Shown piece by piece: positions 12,358 to 26,000 of a DNA stretch of 54,932 nt. The number at the start of each line of letters is the position of its first letter. The first letter of the stretch is position 1. The stretch comes from Paraspadella gotoi (lineage: Eukaryota > Animalia > Chaetognatha): positions 1 to 54,932 of the forward strand of contig JBJCIZ010000927.1 of the NCBI GenBank assembly GCA_051294375.1, written 5' to 3'. The notes beneath the pieces were generated by a model, which saw nothing but the letters and a program-made list of their open reading frames with translations, searched no databases and had not been told where the DNA came from. A program made the translations under genes and the position numbers.

Positions 12358-14623
12358 TTAGAAAGTGAAAGCAAGGGGTGGAGGCTCCCCGACGCTCCTC
12401 ATGTGAATCACCATGTAGTCTGACTCAAAGAGAGTGTGTAACAAATCCTCAGTACTCAACAGCTTGAATTTAATCTCAAACAGCAGACCAAAGGGATAAA
12501 TAGCCAGTGACACGAGTTGACATGAAAGTAGCCTCGTTGAATCAGTAGACGTCAAGGAAGGTTCAGACAGTGGGAGCAAGACTTTTTCCTCCTCCTGTAA
12601 TGGTTTCAGTATGGACTCTGCAACGTCTCTTTTATCACAGGTGGATGGATGGCAGATTGATCTCTCCTCAACTGTTTCCCTTTTGACTTCTTTAGCCACT
12701 TCTCCAGTAGCTTCTCCAGCAGCTTCTCCCAAAGCTTCTTCCTCTACCTCCACAGCAACATTTTCCGCGACCTTTCCGCAACTTTTTTCGTAACCTTTTT
12801 CCGCAGCTTTTTCCGCAACCTTTTCTTTAACTCTTTCCACAACTTTTTTCCGCATCTCTTTCCGCAACTTCTTTCCGCATCTTTTACCGCCTCTTTTTCC
12901 ACAACTTCTTCCGCAACTTTTTCCGCCGATTTTTCTGCAACTTCTTCCACCGATTTTACCGCAACTGCTTCTGCAACTTCTTCCGCGACTTCAGCAGCAC
13001 CTCTTTCAGCAGAAAATTCCACAGCAGCGGCCATTTTATCAGCACCTTCCTCTGCAGTCACTTCTTTAGCAGCAACTTCTAGCTTCAGTAATTTTTCTGC
13101 AACAACTTCTTCCGCAAGCAGCTTCTGCAGCAGGTTTTCTTCAGCAACTTCTTCTTCAGCAACTTCTGCAGCAACTTTTTCTGAAGCAAGTTTTTCTTTT
13201 TCAACAGCTTTTCTTCTCCAGCTACTTCTGCAGCAACTCTTTCTTGAAGCAGTTTTTTCTTCACCAAATTCTTCTCCAGTAACTTCTGCAGCAACTCTTT
13301 CTGCAGCAACTTTTTTGTCAGCAAATTCTTCCGCAGCAGCCTCTTCTGCAGCAACCTTCTCAGCAGAAACCTCTGCAGCAACTTTTTCCTCAACAACTTC
13401 CTCCTCAGCCACTTCTTCTGCAGACGGCGTCAAAACTTTGATGACAGGCCTTTCACGCAAGAGTTTCAGTTTCAGCAGCGGCAATGGCGGCAGCGATGGC
13501 GGCGGCGCGAAACTACCCAATGACGGGGCGGCCTGCGGCGGTTCGACGGATTCGCGACTCTTTCTTTTCTCACGAAAATTCCGCAATGCTTCTCGTACTA
13601 TTTCCTCCTCGAATGACCTTTCCTCCCTTTCTCTTCCTTCTCTCACCGTAGGTAAGATAGTCTTCGTCTCCGACTCTCCGTCGTCCTCGGCGGAGGTTCC
13701 ACGTCGCGACGGTCGGCGGCCGGGTGATCCTTGTCGCTGCAATTTCTCCGAAGGCTTCGCAGACTTTGATGACTTTGTCGAGTCGCCTTCGCCCGTTCTC
13801 CTTCCGATCTGCCTCCGCTTATAATTTCTCTCACCACTCTTTCTCTCCTTTCATTCTTTAATTTAAATTCGTATTCAACCGCTTTCTTTCTTTCTTCCTT
13901 TTCTCTCAACTTAGCTTTTAACTTTGCCTTTAACGCCTCCTCCTCTTCTCTGAATTCTTTGTCTATTTTTTCTTTCTCTCTCTCCTTTTCTTTATCTAAT
14001 CTCTCCAGATCGAGGACCCACCTTTGCCGGATCGTCCCGCGATACGATCGGGACGAATTCGTTACCGAGGTGCCTTCCCTTCTTGAAGATTTGACCCTGG
14101 CGCTCGACGGCTCCAAATACGAGGAGAGTCCTGTAACGGATTTCGACGACGTGCAGACAGACGGTGAAGTCGATACCCAATGCTCGACGCGACGCTCGAC
14201 GTGATCGCGGCGCTGAATTTTAAGAATTTGAAGAGGGGGATTTTAGGTTTCCTCAACTCCTTCGTCTACAGACGCCTCATATTCCTCGTCAGTAATAATA
14301 ACGGGACAAGCCCTCAATACGCCCGGTACCGAATTTACAAGACCCTCATCTAATAAACATTTTACGCGATCGGTTTCAAGTGCAGGATGTGCAACAATAA
14401 ATTGTGCAAGATCAGTGAACAATCTCCGGACAGTGCCCCGGGCCCCTTCGGCCTGTCGGGTCGCCTGGACCTCCGACGAAACTTTGGCATTATTGTACAA
14501 TTTTTCAAATTGGTTTAGTTCGTATTGCAATTCTTTCATGAACCGTCTAACTCCTCGCTCGTTATTAAAAAATCCTGGATTTATGGCCAAAGTTTCATCG
14601 TCGCCATCTTGAAACGATGGCAT
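12358..14623 (-). pseudogene. Frameshifted coiled-coil, Glu/Ala/Lys-repeat ORF; possibly a degenerate retroelement gag-like gene
   Basis: Overlapping minus ORFs 14243-14623, 13643-14116, 12744-13742 and 12358-12867 chain by frameshifts: Ser-rich segment, coiled coil, then EEVAE/EKVAAE repeats; no diagnostic domain recognised. Confidence 0.4.
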
Positions 14624-15989
14624 TTTTTCTCAACTCACTTTGCGAAGGCTTCGGCTCCAGCCCGTTCTTACCGGCCCGATCACAAAAGATCCGGCCCAAT
14701 CGTTTTTTCAAAAAAAAATCCGGCTCCCGGTGGTGCCCTTATCGATGGCTCCCACTTTCTTCCGAATTCCTCAAACTGTTCACAAGAGAACGTGATCAAG
14801 GTTATGATTTTATTTAGACCCAAAACTCGGAAGCCAAAGTCCTCCAAGTCCCAGGCTGCTTCGGCTATTTTTAATTTTAATTTAGTTAGTTTAGATAGAA
14901 TTCCGTTAGGAGACAGTTTAGTTCTTAATATTAAATCCCCGGATTATGACATATTAGTTCTTAATATTAAGTACAGTAAGTGCTATAGCCTCAGCTAAAA
15001 CTTTTTATCTCCATGAAGCCCGTGTTCATAACGAATTGATGTTTATTGTAGTATGATGAGTTGTGTGTGATATTAAGAACTAAGTGGGCTCCTTCCGGGG
15101 AGTGTAGAAAAACCGATGTTCATTTGTCGTTCATCTCTCGTCAGCGGGCGATCCCTGGCGTTCACTTAGACTGTACTGAGAATTTCTACTCCGATCTGTT
15201 TTGGCAATATTGCATAATAAAAAGGAAAAGATAAAAAAGAATTAGGTCGATGTTTTTTTAACTATTTTATTGCGATTATACATATTTATATCTCTAACTC
15301 TCTCTCTCTCTTTCTCTATCTTCCTTCTTATTTTTTCCCCTCTCACACTAACATTTAAGTAAGTAGACAGAGTTAGATTCCTCTGCGATGCTAAACAAAA
15401 AAAAAGAAAAGATTATAAAATAAATAAATCAAAATTTTAAATAAAAAATAAATGAGCTAGTCAATCATTAAATTGAACACTCATAATTTAAATAAATATC
15501 CATGCTTGAGAGAAAGAGAGATAAAATGTTGAATTTGAATTATATCATGCTCTTTCTTTTTTTTATTAAATAAAAAAAAACTACGTATAAGATTTTATAT
15601 GATGCATCAAGCATCATTCAATGATATTATGGGTAGATTCGATATTGTTTGCTCATCTATCTGTTAGAAAAAACAGAAATGAATCAGGAGCCAGAGTTAG
15701 ATAGAACTATATAAAATACTGTATTCTATTTTGTCAATTTATTTTTAATATTAATTTAAATTTGACATTCAGTTAATTTTTAATGGTTAACAAAAGTTCA
15801 ATAAAAATTAAAGAATTATTTTTCAAAATAGCTTTCTTTTATTTTTTACATTTCGTTTTTTATCTTTTTTTTATATAAATATATATATATTTTTTCAAAA
15901 ATAAATAAACAGAGAATAACTATATGCTACTAAGAGCAAGAGAGAGCGAAAAAGAAAGATAAATACTTTTAAAAAAATTTAATATTACA

Positions 15990-17222
15990 TAAAAAAAGTT
16001 TAAAATATGTTTTTAATAACAATTTTTATTTTTCATAGAAAATCGGACATGTTTTGGCTTTTAATTCAAGATTTTATCAGCGTTAAGAGTTTGTAAAAAT
16101 ATTTGCAAATTATGTTCAAAAGAAGAAAGATAGAAAGAGAGAGAGAGAGGGCAACAAGTTTCCAACATAAAGTTGAGAAAATAATAATGGACAGAAGTGA
16201 GGACAGGCTGAAGGTAAGGACAGATAGTAAGTTTTGAAAAGAAGTGAAAATGGTCAGAGAGGGAGAGAGTGAGAGAGAGAGAGAAAGACAATTGGTAAAT
16301 AAAACATTTTGTAATGTAATTTTATCTTTTTTGTATATTACAAAATGTATTATTTACCAACTGTCTCTCTTTTTCTCTCTGACCATTAAGGCGTAGTAAA
16401 ATTCCTAAGTTTAACTTTAATTACAATTCTAAAAGTGAGGAACGAACAACATTATACTTATGAACATTTATGTATAAAAAAATTTATAATAAATTTTACA
16501 ATTTACGCAGTAGGCTATATTTATACTAGTACTAAATCAATAAATGTTAAAATTTCAAAACAGTTTTTTCTAAACATTTTTTGCAGATTTGGATTCGTCA
16601 TAAAACGTTGATAAAAAGAAATATAACTCTTTTTGAAAAATTTCTTCATTAAGTGGGTCAAAATTAGAAAAAGCTATATTTTAAGCTGAAAATTAACTTT
16701 TTATATATTAAATATAGTTTTTTTAAATTTTTTACCCACTTAATGAAAGAATTTTTAAAAATGATTTATATTTTCTTTTGACTTTTGACGAGGAATTCAA
16801 ATCTTCAATCAAAATTAAGAAAAGCCTATTTTGAAATTTTTTGATTTTATAAGGATAGTACTATATATAAATATAGCCTACTGCGAATATTAAAAAACAT
16901 AAAATTAATTTTTTTTACAAATTAATGTTCACTGATGGTATGTTGTTCATAATTGACTTTTAGAATTTTCGTATGTAACTTTCACTACGCCTTACTGACC
17001 ATTTTCAAAAACTAACTCTATTTGTCCTCACTTCTGACCACTATCCTTTTTTCAACTCTGTATTAAAAACTTTTTGCCTCTCTTTCTCTCTTCTTTTGCC
17101 CATAATTTGCCAATATTTTTACAAACTCTTAACGCTGAAGGCGGCTTGAATTGTAACCCATAAATGTCCATTTTTTTATGAAAAAAAAAATCATTGTTGA
17201 AAACATAGTTCAATTTTTTTTT
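15990..17222. mobile_element. Foldback element with long imperfect inverted arms centred near 16325, interrupted by a hAT MITE
   Basis: cagcgttaagagtttgtaaaaatatt (~16078) vs aatatttttacaaactcttaacgctg (~17112); aaaatggtcagagag vs ctctctgaccat. Confidence 0.75.
16387..16994. mobile_element. hAT-type MITE
   Basis: TIR TAAGGCGTAGT(A/G)AAA at both ends; perfect 8-bp TSD CTGACCAT (16379-16386 and 16995-17002). Confidence 0.88.
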
Positions 17223-18216
17223 TAAATCTCAAACACAAAATTACATAGTAAAAGACTTTAAAAATTTAAAACAAGTCTAATTAAAATTTCATTTATTATT
17301 TGTAAACAAAAAAATTGTTTAAAATTATTCTACCAATGAATTACATGACTAAAGAAAGTATTTTTATATGTAATAACAAATATAAAATTTCTAAAGGAAG
17401 GAAGCGATGTGCACTCGAAACCGAAAGCGATCCGGGCTAAAAAAGTAGGGATTGCACTCTAAATCGGGAGCGATAGGGGTCTCGGGAAGCGCCGGATTGG
17501 CAGCGGTGGAAAATCGATCGCTTCCACATCTCTGTCTCTAACTAAGGTCGGGGAGGCCTGACTGAGTCTAAGTAAGTAAGGACGAGGAGAATGGTGGGAA
17601 AAAGGGAAATGTATATTGTAAGCGGCTAAGGAAAATGGTGAAAAAAAGGGGTAAAAAGACTGAACGGGAGAGGACCGGGAGAAGGAAAGAGAAAAGGAAA
17701 GAGAGAAGAAGCGTGAGTGAAGAACATAAAACCTGGGCTCGACCCTGAATCCCCGGGAGGAGGGTTAGGAGGAGGAAGAGGATGAGGAGGAGGAGGTGCT
17801 CGGGTGCGAAGTCCTACCTGCTCTTTCTGAAAATAAGCCTGTCCAAAGTCAGGGTCAAGATAGCTTATTTATGAAATGAATGGATAATTTTTATTTTCCT
17901 TGTACCAATTTCATAAAACTTTAAAAGTTGTTTTAGCAATTCGCAATAATTTTAGTCAGCATCGGTGACTTTTTTTGTCATTAAATGATCACAGGTTGAC
18001 ACGATAATGCCTATAGTTCAGCGGCATGAAACGTCTTCCTCTAAAAAAAAAAAACCTAATAAATATGTAAATTTTACTGGATTCTTCTTTTTCAGATCTA
18101 AAAAAACAAAAACCTAATAATATTAGTAATATAAATATGTAAATTTTACTGGATTCTTCTTTTTCAGATATTTTTCTTTTATGTGTGCCTTTTGTCTTTA
18201 ATTTAGCCGTTCACCG

Positions 18217-19004
18217 TCACTCTCCGGTAATGACGCCGTACATCGCCTCGAAGGAAATTACACTCGCGACGGAGACGGCGTTTATGACACCAATCACCGA
18301 CGAGAAGCTGATTACGGAGACGCCGCCGACGACGGTGATGCAGCCGACGACTGTCCCGAAGGAAAAAACCGAAATGACGGAGAAGCAAGAAAAGAAGGAG
18401 ATGAAAGAGAAGACGGAAAAGAAGGAGCAGTAAGAGCAGATGCCGCAAAAGACAAACGGCGCCTTGGCGCGGCAGACGCTGCAGAGGCAGTAGCCACAAT
18501 CGATGTCCGTCTTGGCCGCTTGACGCGCACTCTCTTTGTCGTTGATGCTTATCCGGACGGGCGGTTTGACGACGACCCGATCGATGTGCTTCATCTCTTT
18601 CTCCATGACCTCGCAAGAGGCCAGGCAGCACCAGGCGATCAGCAAAGCGATGACGAATCCGACGGCGGCGACGACGCCGGCCAACGCGCCCACACTGAAC
18701 GGCGTCGCGGGCGAGGAGAAGTCGGATGGAACGGCGTCGGGGATGGAACTGGCGCGGCAAGTCTCGGACCACTTGCCGTCGTCGGCGACGGGGCAAGTCG
18801 AGTTGGCGGCGCAGTTGCGACCAACGTAACAGCACCAATCCCATTCCGACTCGTAACCGGCCAACGGGCACCAACTGTAGCGACCCGTAAGGGCAAGAGA
18901 TTGACGGCAGGGCTCGGCGCACTGAAAATTGTTCACGCTACTCAACTGTGGAGCGGAGCGGCACGCGTAGCGTTGGTCTATGCAGTATTGGACGCCGTTT
19001 CGGT
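18217..19004 (-). CDS. Last exon of a type I membrane protein: second Cys/Trp module, TM helix, Cys-rich segment, S-x-x repeat tail
   Basis: Acceptor ttttcag|ac; GC-rich open frame to TGA; YSWCPLAGYESEWDWCC; TM VGALAGVVAAVGFVIALLIAWCCL; phase matches the exon at 39939-40138. Confidence 0.8.
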
Positions 19005-19224
19005 CTGAAAAGCGAAGTTGATGGAGATTCGCGACTTTTCGTAAAGATTATCTACTATTGATTTAAATTGAAACCTATTGATTCATATTGATTCAATTGA
19101 ATTCAAATTGATGCATTTTTATATTCATTAGTGCTTATGGATTCCTTTTGATTGTAAGTCGCTTTACCCTTGAATTTCGGTCATTTTTTCCCCTTTTTTT
19201 TGTCCATCATAAGCAGAAATTGCT

Positions 19225-19452
19225 ATTTGGAATAATAAAAATTTAAACAGAAATTGCTATTTTGTGTAAAAGCAGGTGCAAAGGAAGATCTAGCAGGTGC
19301 TATTATTATTATTATTATTATTATTATTCATGTTCCTTTATTTCTTAAAAAAGAATAAGACATCTGGAGAGTAATTTTTAAACCTTAATCAAAAATGTTA
19401 TCTTGTCTTACTGAATGCTCTTTTGTTTGGGGAGTCCTCTAGTAAATAAAGC
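19225..19452 (+). repeat. Dispersed repeat, inverted relative to 39320-39538
   Basis: tatcttgtcttactgaatgctcttttgtttggggagtcctctagtaaataaagc is the near-exact reverse complement of 39320-39373. Confidence 0.85.
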
Positions 19453-21088
19453 TTAAAATATAAAAAAAAAATCTTAAAAGCATAAGGATCAAAGCCATTT
19501 GATAAGTATAGTCATTCATTGATGCGATGATAGTCATTCATTGACGCGATGAATCATTCATCGTAATAAAACAAAACAAATGCGTGTATGAGTGGAAGAG
19601 AGAGAGAGAGAGAAGAGAGAGGAGAGAGAGAGGCTGGACAGTTTTCCCCCAACGAAACGCATTATTAGGTCTCTCTCGTTTATATAAAGAATAATCAGAA
19701 TTTTTAGGGAAAAAATCCATGAAAATCTCGGATGTAAATTTGGGATTTGTATTGAGAAAAAAGCGCGGAATAAATGGCGATAATAAAAGTTTTTAGAAGG
19801 AAAAAAAAGAGAGAGAGAGAGAGAGAGAGAAGCTGGACGGCTGCGGACCGCCGCGCTGGACCGCCGCGTCAGAGCTGAACTCATTTTCCGACGAATATGA
19901 GTAGGGACGAACTCTTTTCCTTTCTATAAAAAAATATTACAAAATAAATATTTGGGTATAGAGCCATATAAGAAATTTTTTGTACATTGAAAGTAAACTT
20001 AAAAATGCATAAATTTTTGTTTGAGACATGTTCCCACTACTAAATTTTTTGATTCAACCCATTGAGAGGGGCTACCCCTATTCAGAAGAAAAAAAACTAA
20101 ACTCTTTTCAATAATAATGATCCAAAAATTATAATCCCTATTAACAAAATATATAGTTGAAAATACTCAGTTAACGACTATGATATTTTTTGACTTCCAA
20201 ATATTTTTCTTTACTTATCAAAAAAATTTTATTTCCTCATTTTAAAAAATTTTAATCTTGAATGAAATTTTTGATTGTTCTTTTTTAGAAGAAACCAGAC
20301 CCGAGGTCAAATTTTATATTTGCATATTTAATTAATTTATAAATAGTTATCAACAACTCAAATAATTATTATTTAAAAAAAAGATAAAAATGCAGTTAAA
20401 TATATACACTAAAAATATTTATAAAATTTAATAATAGTATAAATTATCAGAATAACAAAAAGTAATGTTTAATTTGACTATATCTCTCTTATCAACTCCT
20501 ATTTTAGATATAATTTGCCAATAGTGGGCCAACCGGTTCAAAGTTACAATAATAAATAAATACAAATTTATATAAATGTAATGGCATAAGTTATATATGT
20601 AATTAAAAATTCACAAAAATTCACAAAAATTCACAAAAATTCTCGCAAATTCTTCGAATTATTGAACGTCCTGCTTGTCAAACTTTTAATAATAATAACA
20701 TTATATTAAATTGACTTTCTTCTCGGATTTTTTACTCCTGCCGTTTGTTTCTCCTCTCCTTTTGTTTTTGCTCTGGTCAGCTGTTCTCTACTGCCGGCTG
20801 GCTGGCTGGCTGGCTGGCCGGGCCTGGCTGAGAAAAAAATTTAAACAGATAAATAAAAACGAATTTGAAAAAGTAAAATATAAAACTTGAATAAAATAAT
20901 AAATTGTAAATAGAATAAAATAAATAAATTTGGAAATAAAAACGAATTAAAACGAAATAAATTTGGAAATAAAACAAACAAAAATCTCTATAAAAAACAA
21001 ATTGGCTAAAAACTGAAATAAAAATCAAAGAGAAGAAAACAGAAATAAAATCTAAATTAAAATCTAACAAATAAAATTCGTCATAAAC

Positions 21089-22678
21089 ATGGACAAGTCC
21101 AAACACTTTGAGTTTGAGTTGGACTTATCGGGGGCTTCGGGGATTCCTTCACAGTGGAAAGTGGAGTTGAGGGATGTCGCCCGCTGGGTTGATCAGCAAA
21201 ATTCGTGGGCGGCGCGTGACATTCACTAATGCGCGACTTCAACCGTGGCACCTTCAACATATTGACGGGTGACCAGAATACGGCCGACTTCTTGAAGACT
21301 TTTTCATTAGAAATCTCGTTGTGGAATCACTAGACGTGTCCCACTTCGTCAGAGAAGGTCTAAGAGGCCGGGGACTTGGATTCGTTTTTTTGGCTCTTTA
21401 AAGGGGCCATGTCTCAGCTGGCAAATTCCTTTTTTGATAAGCTTCTTGAAGATGCTGGATGCAAATTATTCGGCCGACAGAGAAGGGCGTACACAGAGGG
21501 ACAATGATCTCTAATGGTATGCGGTCAGCACTTGTTGAACGTGGTGCTATTCACATGGGGCGTGAATGTGAGTGGAGAGACGGTGATGATGTCTATCGTT
21601 ACCGTCTGGAATACGACGGACAGCCCCACCAATGCACCCGGGATGCAATGACTTCCACCGTGATGGCATTTGCCCTTTATGGACAAGGAGAAAGGAGGAG
21701 AGGGAAGAGGGCTGGGCAGCAGAAGTTCTTCTGCTTCTTCTTCATCTCTCATGCGCTTAGCGCTCGGACACGCGATGCCACCCGTTTTGACCCATTCCTG
21801 GGCCGGATTCGCCACATTGCCAATCCATATCAATAATGATGAAACAATACTACCTCAGGCACGAGGTAATTGTTGTCCAAGCTGGAGCTATGTGGACTAT
21901 GGCGCGATGGAAGAGTCCAAGGAACACGTACGTCACCAGTGTGTGGAGCTCACTAAAGTGTTGGCGCCATATGTGGGGCTGGGAAAAAGGTCTACCTGGT
22001 TGATCTCTACTGTTGGTGCTGCAGAAGAAGGGACAGATGGTGCGTCACACTGGTTGATGGTGAGGTCGGCGATGAGGAAGGTGGCGAGGGAGAGTGGTAG
22101 TGGATGGATTTCGTTGGAGAGGCTGGAGTGGGACCCTTCTCGAGATTTAGTGGATGATGGAGTCCACTTCTCAGAAAGAGGACAATGAAGGTGTTGGGAG
22201 AGGTTAGTCGCGTGGTGGAGGAAGAGACGGGGATCAAGATTTTTGAAGGTGTGGAGCGGCACCGACGCCCTACTCTCGCATATTCAATAACCACTACAAA
22301 GTGGGGTGTTATAGATGTACACGGATGCATGAGCGAGGAAGGTGTCCACCTCTGGATTGTCGTGTCCCCTGGTGAGTCGCCAGCTGGAGAGGAAAGAGGA
22401 GGAGGAGGATGATTCTTCCTTTGTTGACGTTGATGTTGACATGGGTACTCCAAGAGTGAATACGGTTGGACTTTGTGTCGAGATCAAACGGCCAAGACTT
22501 TCCGGACCGGCTACTGGAGAGGAGAGGAGAGGAGAGCAACTACAACCACGACAACAACAACAACAACTCCTGCGAGACCCTCGTTTGTCTCAGCATGCAC
22601 GACTTGTGTATAGCGGGAGTTTCGAGGACAGGTCGAGCTCACCTTCAGCTGGAAGAGGCAAGAATCGTCATTGAGTGA
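21089..22678 (+). pseudogene. LINE ORF1 (frameshifted): zinc knuckle plus SGNH esterase-like domain
   Basis: Reading across frameshifts gives YDGQPHQCTGCNDFHRDGIC (Tx1-type knuckle), then SSSLMR, IPGGRIRHI, VVQAGAN and DDGVHFSERG. Confidence 0.72.
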
Positions 22679-23058
22679 AAAAAAGGTGACTCTTTCTTAA
22701 TAGTGGGAAACTAAACGAAACATTAGTGGTCTGGCTTTTTGTTCTCTTTATTTTCATTGAATTTAATTAGATCATTAGTGGTAGGGCTTTTTATTCTTTT
22801 ATTCTTATTTTTCATTGAATTTAAAATATATCATTAGAAAAGAAATCCTAGAGGACTACAATTTGACTTAAAAATATTTTTTAGGCTTTTTTGAAATTCA
22901 AAATTTATTCATTTGGATTTATAGAAAAATATTTTTTAGGCTTTTTTAAAATTACAAAATTCCTATGCATTTTTTTGGATTTTTTCGATAAACTGTTCTA
23001 GGATCAAAAATTAAGAAGTAAAATTTAAAATTAAGAGATTAAAAATAAAAATTGTTTG

Positions 23059-26000
23059 ATGGCGGTGGCAAGGAATGTAGCTGATCTTGGGGATAATGTT
23101 GTTACAGGGTTGTAACTTGGAATAGTGGGGGTTAAAAGGTGATACAGGGCAGAAAAGAGGTGATTGGTTACTGAGTGTGTTGAATGCAGATAGGGATTAG
23201 CTATGATGGTTATTCAGGAAACACATTGTAAGCAAGATGTGGATCTGTGTCAGGCTGTAAAAGACATGGAGTTAAACTATAAGTTGTTGCATACTCCTGC
23301 TACTGTGTGGTGATGAGTATGCTGGGATTCTGTGTGTTATTCAAATGATTGGGAGGTGATTGGTACTGTGGAGAGCTTGATTGGTAGAGTTATGTCAGTT
23401 AAGTTAAAGAATAAAGTCTTTGCTAGGATTGTAAATTATGTTTTAATTTATGGTACAACTGGTGGTGTAGATGTAGAATGTGGATAGAAAAATTGAGTGA
23501 GGTGATTGATGATTCCTGTTCTAATGTTGTGATTGTGATTTCAATTTTGTGGAGGAAGGAAGGGATAGGAGTAGCCAGTCTTTAACGAGATATGATCAGG
23601 TTCTTATTCCGGTTTTTGAGAATGTGAAAGAGGAAAGTTGGACTGCAAGATGTGTTTAGATTATTAAATGGTGATGATAATGGATTTACTTTAAATGGGC
23701 TGGGATAATGAAAGTAGGATTGATAGAGTTTATGCCGATATGACGATAGCAGGGGAAGTGGGTAAAATCACTTCTCAGGCTTGTCCCTGGGTAAATTATG
23801 GACATAAAATGTTATAAGGTCGAATTTAAAGAAAAATTAAAAATAGGTTGTGGATATTGGAAATTTAATGTTTCTTTGTTACTTGATATTGAATATATTC
23901 AACTTGTTAGGGAGACATGGAAGATTTCAGCAAGAGTAAGGGTGAGGTGTTTGAGAATATAGGGGAATGTGGGACTGTGGCAAATCTGTTTTGCCAGTGT
24001 TACTATAGATTATGCAAGGAGAAAGAGATTGAGAGAAAGTAGGATTATTAGAGGTTTGGAAAAAGAGAAAGAAAGGATAGAAGTGAAATTCGAAATGGTA
24101 AGGGATCTATTTTAATGAAGATCATTTGGCTTATGTCAAAGAAGGTTAGTAGAGGAAGAAGAAGAGGAAGGCAGAGGGGGCAAGGATAAGGTCTAGAGCA
24201 CCTCATTTTGAGACCAGGGAACCAAGTTTGGCATATTTTAGTAGGGTTGAAAAAATGAGATTTAATGATAGTTTAATTTATGCATTGAAAGATAAACAAG
24301 GTCAGGTTATGAAAGGGTCAAAGGGTGTCCTTTATGTTGCTCATGAGCATTATGTTGGAATGTTTAGTAAGGGGATATTGATGATAATATTCAAGATGAA
24401 TTTTTAAGTATGTTGATAGGAGACTGACTGACCAGCAAAAAGATAGTGTGATAGAATGATTGAGAAGGAAGAAGTAGAACTGGTTCTAAGGGGAATGGCC
24501 TCTGGTAAGTCGCCTGGGGCTGATGGTTTCCCTGCAGAATTCTGGAAATGCTTTGGGGTTTGGGGCAAATGATTTATGGAGTGATTGAATGGGTTTTGAG
24601 ATTGGAAGGGTGACGAGGTCAATGTCAGAGGGGACTGTTCGTCTTATATATAAGAAGGGTGATAGAGAGGATGTCAAAATTATAGACCTGTCAGTTTATT
24701 AAATGTAGATTATAAATGATAAGTGGTTGTATTAATGCACGATTAGTAGAAGTTTTACCTGGATTGTGTGCATGAGGATCAGGCAGGCTTACCAGGGAGA
24801 AAAATATCAGATGTTTTGCATGTAATACAGGATGTAATTGATTATTGTAGAATTCATGAGGTAGGAGGCCTTTAGTCTTTTAGATCTTGAGAAATGTTTT
24901 GACAGGGTTGACCACAGTATGGTTTTAAAGATTTTAAAAAAATTTGGTTTTGGTAGAAATATAATTAGTTGGGTAAGGACATTCTATAATAAGGTAACTA
25001 GTAGAATATTAGTTAATGTGGCATTGGTCTGATGAGATTTTGATTGACAGGGGATTGAGACAGGGTGATTCTCCTTCAATGACGCTATATATTTTAGTTG
25101 CAGAGGTATTTGCAAACTCCATTAGAAAGGATAAAATGATAGAAGGTATTAAAATTAAAGGGGCTGAAAGAAAAGTAGGGGTCTATGTCGATGACACCCA
25201 GGGTTTCCTGGGGTCAGAAGCATCGGTAGAGAGGTTTATTGGAAAAGGCAGTACGTTATGAAAGAGCAGCAGGGTCAAGGGTTAACAGAAGTAAGTCAGT
25301 AGGGTTGTGGTTAGGGCCTTGGAAAATAAACCTAAGATTTCGTGGTCTGACCTGGAAAGACATTGCAAAGGTCTTAGGAATGTGGGTAGGTCGAGGTGAT
25401 TTGATAAAAGCAAATTTTGCTGATGTTTTAAAGGTATTAAGTCAAAGTTGACCCTCTGGAAAACTCGGCCATTGTCAACCTTAGGAAGGCAAAGGTTACT
25501 AATATATTTCTTTATTCTGCTTTATGGTATAGAACAGAATTGTTGACGCCTCCGTGGGGAGATATTGATGCCTTTAGAAACTGAGGTACAAAATTGGATG
25601 TTTTATGGTAGAAAAGAGATTGCTAAGGATAGGCTGAGGATTCTTATTATAATGGTGGAGCGCAATTAATGGATATTAGAGATAAGGTTAAAGCACAGAG
25701 AATAATGTGGATTAAAAGGTTGTTAAGCATGCCGAAGGAATCTTTTCTAGGTTTTAATGTTTGATGGATGAGCTTATTGAGGACAAGCATGTGGCTTATA
25801 GGATTGGATAGCCTTAGGGCAAATGTAGCGGGATTACCTTTGGTATTAGTCGGGTTTTATCTGAGGCTCTAAGGCTTGGTCATGCTTGCCTTCAAATTTG
25901 AACCGCGGTAGTTTGCCTGTGGATGGTTACCATTTATTATATAATACAAATGTGACTGATTCAAATGAATAGTTTTAAAGTCGTTTAGTATATATAGTAG

